Assembly: GCF_037042905.1 (NCBI RefSeq)
Contig: NC_087246.1
Location: 5,148,001-5,212,000, forward strand
Length of the DNA stretch: 64,000 bases
From: Lytechinus pictus
Lineage: Eukaryota
Direction of reading: 5' to 3'
Under the pieces are notes generated by a model. It did not search any database and was not told where the DNA came from. It saw nothing but the letters and a program-made list of their open reading frames with translations. The translations under genes were made by a program, and so were the position numbers. Shown piece by piece: positions 40,431-51,162 of the stretch (position 1 is its first letter; every line of letters begins with the position of its first letter).

Positions 40431-42686
40431 CTATGCATGGAAAGTCGTAATTTTTTTTTTTAAAGATACCAGGGCTCGAACCTAGAGCTGCATCAATTCA
40501 TAACTTCCCCAATGCAGCTTGGATTACAGGCGCACTCCACAATGCCCAGTTTTTATTGCTAATGGGTGATGTTTGTTTTTCAAGAGAGGGAGAGAGTGAA
40601 AGAGACATGTAAAAGAGTAGGAGAGATTTTTTTTCTTTGAATCTTTTTTTCAAAGATCTGATAACCATTTCATTGTTGTTTCAAATATGTATCTTGTGCA
40701 TTGCATGGGTAGACCTACTCGCTAGGGAAAGCCAGACTTGTGACATGATCACGGAAAAGTCATTGCCAAGGAACTAATCTTTATCGTGGTAAATATTTTG
40801 AAGACTCTTTGACTTGTGAAACTGTATTGTTTAAAATCATTTTTCTCTCTTTATGATTTTTTTCCAATACCAAGGACTTGGAAATTATTTTGGGAACTTT
40901 TTTAGGAGATGAAAGATACGTTGTGGGGCCCCTCTGCTGCTTGTAAACAATCATCTCAAAAATAGAGACAGTATTAGTCGGTATACCAGTATTGAACGTA
41001 CTAATACCGGTATTGAAAATTACAATACCGAAAAAGCTTATGAATAACAATGATTATCAACCACAAAGTCTTATCTTTATTGAAGAAAAACAGAGAAAAC
41101 TCATTCACAAGCAACCACATCACGATGCACTATGCATCAGTTACGCATCGGCCATTCACTACCGATTCCAAAACATCGCAAACGAAAATTGCACATGCGC
41201 GGAAATCGCAGCTCAATTCATGAATATTCATGACAGGACTATAGATTGGGATCATTTTGCATTTGTAACAGATCTCTTCTATAGTCCTACTAATGAATAT
41301 TCATGATTGAGCTGCAATTTTCCGCGCTTGCATGGAATCAGCAGGGAATTAATACGTGTGAGGAAAACGATACCGGCTCTAAATCACCAATGATAGACTG
41401 ATAGAAGCGTGGATAAGAAGTGAAACTTTGAGAAATGTAAGATGAGCTGTTATAAATGAATTGTAAGGTCATTTTATTGCATGAGTTTTATATTTCCCCC
41501 CCATAAAGTGACACCTTTGTCACTCAGGCTAGCAGAGCGAGTTTTGTACCTTGAGGTTCGGGTAGGTGTAGCATAGGGTAGCGAAGTAGTGAATTGGAGT
41601 GGAACCTAAACGAAAATCGCTTGAGGTATCCTTGTCTGTGCACGTACGCGTATCTGCGCGAATTATGTACACAACAAACACAAACTATATCAATAGAGGT
41701 GCTGGTCCAATAATTGGGATTGTCCCAGAAAACAAGGATATCATCATAAACCAGTACAAATCACGTCTTGAAAAAATGAGATTGTCCTTGGTATAAATGA
41801 CCTTTGACCTTAATCATGTGACCTGAAACTTGCACAGGATGTTCAGTGATACCTGATTACTCTTTAATATGTCCTAGATTCATGAACCAGATCCATAAAC
41901 TTTAAATGTTATGATGACATTTAAAAAACTTCACCTTAGGTTAAGATTTTGATGTTGATTCCCCCAACATGGTCTAAATTCATTGACCCTAAATGACCTT
42001 TGACCTTGGTCATGTGACCTGAATCTGAGGCAGGATAGATGTTCAGTAATACTTGATTAAACTTATGGCCAAGTTTCATGAGCTAGGTCCATATACTTTC
42101 AAAGTTATGTTGTCATTCCAAAAACTTAACCTTTGGTTAAGATTTTGTGTTGACGCCTCCGCCGTCAGAAAAGCGGCGCCCAGTAAATTCTCATTCTGCT
42201 ATGCAGGTGAGACAAAAATCTGACTCAAAATGGTGGAAAATAATGAATTTTGGGCATTTCATACAACAGCCTCTGAATGCAGCCTTTCTCATCAAAATCC
42301 CCGAATCGCATGCAAAGTAAAATGGGTATGGGATACGTAGACAGGAGTCAGGAATAACTGTCGTTTCTAGGGATTTATTTAACAATTTCTGACATTTTAC
42401 TATCATCCCCAGTCATCCAATTCAAGTACACTACTCAAAAAAAGTTAAGGACCACTTTTTAAAACGTACATAAAGATTTTATACAAGGTGTTTTATTTCT
42501 GGAAATACCTCAGTACAACTGTCCTAAATGTCCTTAAACACGCTGTAATCAATTTCACGCATGGGTGGTTTCAGTTGTTGCACAATGTCTCTCGCATCAC
42601 TGCACATCCTGAAAAGTGGGCCCCGAGGGGTATCAGCTACCGACATGAAGTGGTAAAAACGAATGTCTGAGTGTCTTTCAGGCAGT

Positions 42687-43510
42687 TCAGTAACGAGTGT
42701 GACCACCTCCTGCAGCAATAACGGCTTCACAGCGCTGTCTCATGGAGCTGATGAGGCGATTGATGTCTCTGACGTCCAGTGCATCCCATGCAGCCTCCAG
42801 AGCCACACCCAGCTGCTGCAGTCCAAGTGGATGGGCTTCGAGCTGCTCGAGACTCCTCCCCATCATGTCCCAGACGTGCTCTATCGGGTTTAAGTCCAGG
42901 GACCTCGCTGGCCACTCCATACGCTCAATCCCCTGGCCCTCAAGGAACTCGGTCACCACCCTAGCTCGGTGGGCACGGGCATTGTCATCCATGAAAATGA
43001 TGTTTTGTCCTACATTTTCTGCAAATGGCACCACTATAGGTTCAAGGACCTCATCCCTGTACCTCACTCCTGTCATTGCTCCCCCTGGGACCACGTAGAG
43101 ACGAGTACGGTTGGCGTAGGTGATGCCTCCCCACACCATGACGCTGCCTCCCCCATAACGGCCATGTTCTGCAATACAGGGGTCTGCAAATCTCTCTCCT
43201 GGTCGCCTCCAGACTCTCGAACGTCCATCATTGTGGTCAAGGGAAAATCTGCTCTCATATGTGAACAGAACTCTACGCCATTGCTGTCTGGTCCATCTGA
43301 CATGCTCCCGGGCCCAGTTGAGACGAATTCTTCTGTGAGCAGGGGTGAGTGGGACACACTGAGCTGGCCGTCTGGCATGCATATTGGCTCTGTGAAGTCG
43401 GTTACGGATTGTTTGAGTGGAAACAATCACTCCAGTTGCTGCAGCGAAGTCATTGTTGAGGCGGCGTGCACTGTGAAAGCGGTTGCGGAGGCTGAGATTC
43501 GTCAAGTAGC
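42687..43510 (-). pseudogene. Inverted, N-terminally truncated copy of the Tc1 transposase
   Basis: Same sequence as 44194-45017 but with FTYE instead of FTDE (catalytic D lost), SLDL instead of SPDL and EHG instead of EHD. It lacks the N-terminal HTH. Confidence 0.9.
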
Positions 43511-43988
43511 ATGGGTGGTTTCAGTTGTTGCATGATGTCTCTCGCATAATTGCATATCCTGAAAAGTGGGCCCATTGTGAAGTGGTACAAATGTGGATTC
43601 AAATGCATTTTCTGTCTTTAGTCTCTACAATCAACAAATTGCTGACAACAGCAATGCCAAGATACAGCTGTCCAGGATGCCATCAAACACAATGAAATCA
43701 ATTTCACACATGCAGTTCTTTCATGTCTCTTGCATCATTGCAATGTGCCCGTACAAAAGTGGCTTCCAAAGCATTTTCTGTCTTTAGTCTCTACAATCAA
43801 CAACTTGCTGACAATAGCAATGCCAAGATACAGCTGTCCAGAATGCCATCAAACACAATGACATCAATTTCACACATGCAGTTCTTTCATGATGTCTCTG
43901 GCATCATTGCAGTGGGCCATAAGACAAGTGTCTTCCAAAGCATTTTCCGTCTTTAGTCTGTACAATCAACAACTTGCCTACAACAGCA

Positions 43989-45017
43989 ATGCCGAGACAC
44001 CACCTAAGTGAAACAGATGTAGCCAGAGCCCTAGGGATGCTGGAAGCTGGCCTCAGTCAGCGAAGAGTAGCCAGAATGATGGGCGTGTCACACAGTGTCA
44101 TTAGCAGAGCAAATCAAAGACACCGAGAGACAGGGCTATACTCCGAGAGACCCCGCAGTGGCCGACCAGTTTCGACAACCCCTAGAGATGATCGCTACTT
44201 GACGAATCTCAGCCTCCGCAACCGCTTTCACAGTGCACGCCGCCTCAACAATGACTTCGCTGCAGCAACTGGAGTGATTGTTTCCACTCAAACAATCCGT
44301 AACCGACTTCACAGAGCCAATATGCATGCCAGACGGCCAGCTCAGTGTGTCCCACTCACCCCTGCTCATAGAAGAATTCGTCTCAACTGGGCCCGGGAGC
44401 ATGTCAGATGGACCAGACAGCAATGGCGTAGAGTTCTGTTCACAGATGAGAGCAGATTTTCCCTTGACCACAATGATGGACGTTCGAGAGTCTGGAGGCG
44501 ACCAGGAGAGAGATTTGCAGACCCCTGTATTGCAGAACATGACCGTTATGGGGGAGGCAGCGTCATGGTGTGGGGAGGCATCACCTACGCCAACCGTACT
44601 CGTCTCTACGTGGTCCCAGGGGGAGCAATGACAGGAGTGAGGTACAGGGATGAGGTCCTTGAACCTATAGTGGTGCCATTTGCAGAAAATGTGGGACAAA
44701 ACATCATTTTCATGGATGACAATGCCCGTGCCCACCGAGCTAGGGTGGTGACCGAGTTCCTTGAGGGCCAGGGGATTGAGCGTATGGAGTGGCCAGCGAG
44801 GTCCCCGGACTTAAACCCGATAGAGCACGTCTGGGACATGATGGGGAGGAGTCTCGAGCAGCTCGAAGCCCATCCACTTGGACTGCAGCAGCTGGGTGTG
44901 GCTCTGGAGGCTGCATGGGATGCACTGGACGTCAGAGACATCAATCGCCTCATCAGCTCCATGAGACAGCGCTGTGAAGCCGTTATTGCTGCAGGAGGTG
45001 GTCACACTCGTTACTGA
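43989..45017 (+). CDS. Tc1 DD34E transposase, intact (342 aa)
   Basis: MPRHHL start; paired-like HTH; GRP motif; catalytic FTDES, MDDNA and SPDLNPIE with 34 residues between the second D and E; ends GGHTRY*. Confidence 0.95.
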   Translation: MPRHHLSETDVARALGMLEAGLSQRRVARMMGVSHSVISRANQRHRETGLYSERPRSGRPVSTTPRDDRYLTNLSLRNRFHSARRLNNDFAAATGVIVSTQTIRNRLHRANMHARRPAQCVPLTPAHRRIRLNWAREHVRWTRQQWRRVLFTDESRFSLDHNDGRSRVWRRPGERFADPCIAEHDRYGGGSVMVWGGITYANRTRLYVVPGGAMTGVRYRDEVLEPIVVPFAENVGQNIIFMDDNARAHRARVVTEFLEGQGIERMEWPARSPDLNPIEHVWDMMGRSLEQLEAHPLGLQQLGVALEAAWDALDVRDINRLISSMRQRCEAVIAAGGGHTRY

Positions 45018-45357
45018 ACTGCCTGAAAGACACTCAGACATTCGTGTTTACCACTTCATGTCGGTAGTTGATACCCCTCGGGGCCCACTTTTCAGGATGT
45101 GCAGTGATGCGAGAGACATTGTGCAACAACTGAAACCACCCATGCGTGAAATTGATTACAGCGTGTTTAAGGACATTTAGGACAGTTGTACTGAGGTATT
45201 TCCAGAAATAAAACACCTTGTATAAAATCTTTATGTACGTTTTAAAAAGTGGTCCTTAACTTTTTTTGAGTAGTGTATTTTTATTGGTGAGTGGAGCCAA
45301 CGCATTTCAGCAGAACAACCAAATACAGAGACTGAAGCTTTTGGTCTACGGGGTACG

Positions 45358-46524
45358 TAACCCAGGGAGCTCCGGCCTGCTCGGCGGGCCGGAGCCCAGG
45401 ACTCGTCCGACGTCGTGTAATACTAGTTCGACATATACTATCAAAAAATGGGGTAGAATGGGGTCGCAATAGCACTCCAAATAAAAGGGACAAATATAAA
45501 TTATGTACTTACCTCGATTATATGGATGAAGGTCTATCGTGACACAGAATCCTGACATCGAGGCACAAACTGGACCCTCAAAAAAAGGAAAAGTTAGAGC
45601 TCTATCTATGTCGCATTCGTTCACGGTATCGCTCAACCATTTTGTTTTCAATTTTGACAGGAGAACGAACGAGATCGAGACAGAACTTTTCCCTTTTTTG
45701 AGGGTCCAGTCTGTGCCTCGATGTCAGGATTCTGTGTCACGATAGACCTTCATCCATATAATCGAGGCATAATTTATTTCTTCCCCTTTTATTTTAAGTG
45801 CTATTGCGACCCCATTCTACCTAGCCAGGCGGCTTTTTGAGAGTAAAAATCATTTACTAACATACATGTAGGCTTACTCTCAATGAAGCCAGGGAGTCCT
45901 TCCTATTCACCTACACGAAGGACCCCAAAACCTGAAACTTTCACCCCCGAGATTTCTACTTTCCTTCGAAAAGATCTAGCTCTAAATCATGTACATGGGA
46001 TAAAACTTCCCCAACGTTACGGACGCGAGCGTCACGTAACGTTGGGGAAGTACAATAAGAAACAAGATGGCGGCGTAAACATCGGGCAAGTCTCTTCCGT
46101 CTTTTCACAATATTTTTTCATTTTTTTGATGAATTCTTGTTTAAAAATAACAACGAGAGCGTAGAAATGTCAGAAATGAAGTTTTATCCCATGTACATGA
46201 TTTATGGCTAGATCAGTAGCACTCACACTAATACGAGGTTCGTATATATATATATATGGATCAGTAGATGTTTTAGAAGGAAAGTAGAAATCTCGGGGGT
46301 GAAAGTTTCAGGGTTTTTTGCGGCGAAAGTTTCAGGGTTTTTGGCGGTACACGCAGATGAATAGGAAGGACTCCCTGGCTTCATTGAGAGTAAGCCTACG
46401 TTAGTAAATGATTTTTACTCTCAAGAAGCCGCCTGGCTAATTCTACCCCATTTAGGAGAGCAATATATGTGGAACTAGTATTATTATTACATGGACGAGT
46501 CCTGGGCCAGAGCTCCCTGGGTTA
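45358..46524. mobile_element. Foldback/palindromic MITE (A) containing a second MITE
   Basis: taacccagggagctc ... gagctccctgggtta ends; long internal palindrome (45452-45821); imperfect ggggtacg flanking duplication. Confidence 0.75.
45822..46439. mobile_element. Palindromic hAT-like MITE (B) nested in element A
   Basis: tagccaggcggc ... gccgcctggcta long TIRs; perfect 8-bp TSD attctacc (45814-45821, 46440-46447). Confidence 0.85.
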
Positions 46525-47069
46525 TGGGGGTACGCAGACCACTCAGCTCATGGCCATGGGGGACCATTTTTGTTCAATCTGAAAAATAACGTGAAATTGA
46601 AATTAAATGACTGCCCCAAAAAAGGTCTGGATCTGGATGTGTACACTGCTGGACCAATTTTTGGTATGAATGCAGCGGGTTTTTTTTTTCCAAGACCAAG
46701 AGGCAAGAAAATCATAGACTTAGTCAGAGTAGACCTTTATTTCTTTCAAATTTTATGAGATATTTGGTATGTACACATAATAATATAAGGAACATTATCA
46801 AATTAAAGATTTTCTGAAATAAAAAGAAATTCATGTTAAATCTTAACTCAAATCGTTAGCACTCCTAGTACCAATGAGGTCCAAACATTACATGTATGGA
46901 CCTCATAGGCGACATCACTAGTATTTTTGGTTAGAAATCTTTGAGAACAGGATATTTCTATATTATATCACAAGTACAAGCTATATTCCTTTCTCTTATT
47001 TAAAATATAATTTTATAGTGTAAATGCATCGTTAGCAACAACAAAAAAATGAAAGAAATGAAGGGGAAC

Positions 47070-47585
47070 TTACATTTTCACGGCTTTTTCCTGATTTTCT
47101 GGGCAGTTGCTCTTCACTTCTGACTTGCGATCGAAGCTGATATGAAGATCACGTGATTCGCGTTCTCGTCAGCTGATCGGTTGATTATTCTTTTTGTCAG
47201 ACGTTAATAATATATATTTTATAATGCTAGCATTCATCGCTAATTTAGGTGAAAGAGATTGAAGTTAAACAGCGCCAGGTCGGAATCATAATTATTTTGG
47301 AAGAGTGTATTTATACACTTGATCTCATACCTGACGTAGACGGCGCTATTCAACAAATGCACAATCTTCAATATAAAAAATAAAACAGAAAGAACGCCTT
47401 GAACACAGGCCAAAATGCCTAACGATTTCTCCGCGGCATTAACAACTATCGTAAAGGGCGCTCCATTTATTAATAAAGATGGACGTATAGCTGTCTATGG
47501 CGACAAAATTTGCCGCAAATATTTATTAAATTTACGAAGAATTGTGAGAAATGGTCTGAAAATGCAACAAAAGAACCGGTGAGTA
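47070..47585. promoter_or_regulatory. Possible divergent promoter with first-exon donors
   Basis: CpG-rich patch with CACGTG (47150-47155), a minus-strand gtaagt donor near 47073 and a plus-strand ccg|gtgagt donor near 47579. Confidence 0.3.
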
Positions 47586-47724
47586 CCGATTAAACATTAT
47601 CAATTTATTTAATAGAACATATTTTATGACTCGAGTTTAACAATTTCTAGATAATATTGCTTAGTTCTAAGCTAGGGCGGCCCAAATGCGCGTGAGTGGA
47701 GTCCCAGTTTATTAACGCGGGTAA

Positions 47725-50700
47725 AGCAAGGTTTCCACTTTGGCGAGTTAACATCGCGAGTTATGGCGAGTTATAGCGAGTTGCCAAAATGAGGCACTCG
47801 CGATAACTCGCATAAAGCTCACCATGAAACTCGGGATAACTCGCGACAACACGGCAGAGCTCGGCGGAGCTCGTTCAAGCTCGGGACAACTCTCCTTGAA
47901 GTCGTGAGCTGTTTCAAAATTTTTGAACATGTTCAAAAATTTTGCTAACTCGCTGTAACTCGTGCTGAACTCACCTAAACTCGTTATATACTCGCAGCAC
48001 TCGCAATAACTCGTAAGAAGCTCGAGATAAACTCACAATAACTCGTAATAACTCGCCACATCTGAGTATACGCGAGTGCGTCCCGAGTTTTCAAGAGCGA
48101 TATACGAGCATTGCGATCGTTTTACGAGTCAAATGGAGGTGCCCACGAGATTAGCGCGACTTTAGATCGAGCACCCCGAGTTACAGCGAGTTTCGTATGA
48201 GTTTATTCCGAGTGCGTTGCAATAGCTCAGAGGCATGCCAGCTGAATGATAAATGTCCAGTGATCTATATTTTCCCCACATATAAACCCCTCAAAAAAAG
48301 TTTGAAATCTGAGTTTGGCCATTAATTTCTCCCAACTCCAAAATTTACACATTGCATATTTGACATCATTTAAAAGGTCATTCAATTTTCTTTACAATGA
48401 TACCATGCTTGTTATGATCATGCCATCACGAAAAGAGCAGGATTCAAAAGTGTTGGATAAAGTCTGAATTGAAAAGCTGCAAAACGAGCAAAAAAGTTTG
48501 GAAATCTGAGTTTGGCCATTAATTTATCCCGACTCCGAATTTTACACAATGCATATTTGATATCTTTCAAAAGATCATTTGATTCTCTTTTAAATGATCC
48601 CATGCTTGTTATGATCATGCCATCAAAAAAGAACAAAGTTAATAAGTGTTGGATGAGGTCTCAAGTAAAAAGCTGCAAAACGAGCATAAGTAATCATGAA
48701 GGGTCAATACAGAACATGATGTTTTTGTCTGTGTCAATAAAGATGAAAATCCATTCAAATCAAACCCCTGCTTTTTCATTTCATAATGTTTTGTTGTGGT
48801 TTATGTTTGTTTGTTGTGTGTTTGCTTGTGCAGAGGTGTGTTTGATTCCATTTGAATGTTGATATTAAGGTGCATGAAAACAATTGCTGAGAATCTCACT
48901 CATCATCATGGAAGAAAAGAACAGTGACTTTCAATATTGTGTCATTTTGCAAATTTTGAATTTTGACCTTGCCCCGCATTTCAAGGCACTGCACCTCCAT
49001 GTGAGCCATAATCATATCATGTAGGGTATCATTTAAAGACACTTAAATGATCTATTCATTGATATTAATTCAACTTGATATTTACTAAAACCGAGGCGGG
49101 ATTACCGATCAAACTCAAAAGAAACCGCTTAAAATACTCACTCATCAAAGGAACAGTGACTTTCAATACTGTGTCTCTTTGCAACTTAATTTTGATTTTT
49201 GACCTTGCCCTACATTTCAAGGCACTGCACCTCCATGTGAACCATAATCATATCATGTAGGGTATCATTTAAAGACACTTAAATGATCTATTCATTGATA
49301 TTAATAACAATTGATATTTACTAAAACTGAGGAGGGAGTTTTGATTAAAGTCGGATTTCCAAACTTTTTTTGAGGAGTTATTTTAAAGTGAGAGCACATT
49401 TTAACTGACCCACGCAATGTACACGTACTTTTAAAAAGGCTGTTTCCACTGCATTATTACAACTTTCAACAAATAAGGAGAGAAATATGCCTCGATCCAA
49501 AAGATCCAAGAGTTGTGGCCATTCAGATAGGGAAACAGCGAAAGAAGATGACATTCAAACAAGGGTAGAAGAAGTGCAGGAAGAGACAATTGAAACGGAA
49601 GAGGAGGTCAATGACGAGCAGAGCCAAGGTAAAAAAACAAGACATCAAACTGGACAATTAAGGTCCAAGTGGAGCGCCTCTGCATCACGCTATCCAATAT
49701 AGAAGTAGTGCTGACTCTGAAAACTATTGTAAAATAATTATTCACAAAAACACCATTCATACATTGATACAATACTACGTTCATTTACAATAAATGACAT
49801 TTGACCTTTATCATTTGACCTAAGACTTGTCAGTGATACTAGATTACCCCTATATCCACATTTTATAAACTGTATCTAAACTTTGAAAGTTATGACAGTA
49901 ATATAGTATTAATCTCCAAAATGGCCAAAGTTCAATAACCTTAAATGACCTTTGACTTTGGTCATGTGACCTGAAATGTTCGGTGATACTTGACTACTCT
50001 AATATCCAAGTTGATGAATCATATCCATAAGCTTTCAAAGTTATGATGGTAATTCAACAAATACCCCCAACATGGCCAAAGTTTATTGACCATAAATGAC
50101 CTTTGACCTTCGTCATGTGACCTGAAACTCGCACAGGATGTTCAGGAATACTTGATTACTCTTATATCTAAGATTCATGAATCAGATCTATAAACTTTTA
50201 AAGTTATGATGGTAATTCAACAGATCACCCGAACATCACTAAAGTTCATTGACCTTTGACCTTGGACATGTGACCTGATATCCGCACAGGATGTTTAGTG
50301 ATACCTGATTACTCTTATGTTCAAGTTTCATGAATCAGATTCATAAACTTTCAAAGTTATAATGTTAATTTAACAAATACCCCAATTGGCCAAAGTCCAT
50401 TGACCCTAATTGACCTTACTCATGTGACTTGAAACTCAAGCAGGATGTTTATATACTTTAATAACCTTATGTCCACGTTTCATGAACTAGGTTCATATAT
50501 TTTCTAAGTTATGATGACATTTCAAAAACTTAACCGTAGGTTAAGACTTTGATGTTGATTCCCTAAACATGGTCTACGTTCATTGACCATAAATGACCTC
50601 TGACCTTGGTCTTGTGACCTGAAACTCGAAAAAAATATTTTGTAATGCTTGATAAACCTTATGGTCAAGTTTCATGAACTAGGTCCAAATACTTTCTCAG

Positions 50701-51097
50701 TTATGATGCCATTTCAAAAACTTAACCTTCGGTTAAGATTTGGTGTTGACGCCGCTTCCGCCGGCATCCATCTTTGAGTGCCAAAAATGTGCATTTCCCG
50801 CCCCTTGGTCGTATGAAACTCTTATCACTCGTAACAAAATCTTTATAACTCGTTCATAGCTCGCTTTAAGTCGTATAAAGGTCACCGCAACTCATACTAA
50901 GCTCGGTCTGACTCGTTTCGCGCTCGGTTCACTCGTACAACGAGCGTAGTGAACTCGATGTTGAGTCGTTTGTCACTCAAGCAAATTCCAGGGGAAAATG
51001 TAAATTTCACGCGAGCTTGTGCGAGCTAAGGCGAGTTAGAGCTCGCGCAGCTCGCGTATGACTCGCAACTCCAACTCGCCAAAGTGGAAACCTTGCT
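47725..51097. mobile_element. Non-autonomous PIF/Harbinger element with nested repeats
   Basis: TAA|agcaaggtttccactttggcgagtt ... aactcgccaaagtggaaaccttgct|TAA; subterminal aactcg arrays. Contains a MITE (~48282-49380, cctcaaaaaaagtttg ends) and a HINE-like insertion. Confidence 0.8.
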
Positions 51098-51162
51098 TAA
51101 GTATTGGGGTGTCGCCTAGACTAGAGTGATCGTTAGGTGGTGCGCCGGTTTCGGGGTCGGGT

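Larger units (their letters stand above)
42429..45275 (+). mobile_element. Tc1-family transposon with 1082-bp inverted arms (rearranged)
   Basis: TA|cactactcaaaaaaagttaagg ... ccttaactttttttgagtagtg|TA. 42429-43510 is the reverse complement of 44194-45275. Confidence 0.95.

Noticed and set aside
49487..49702. Acidic ORF inside the Harbinger element as a Myb/SANT partner gene
   Set aside because: It is truncated by a HINE insertion before any diagnostic Trp motif, so no assignment can be made.
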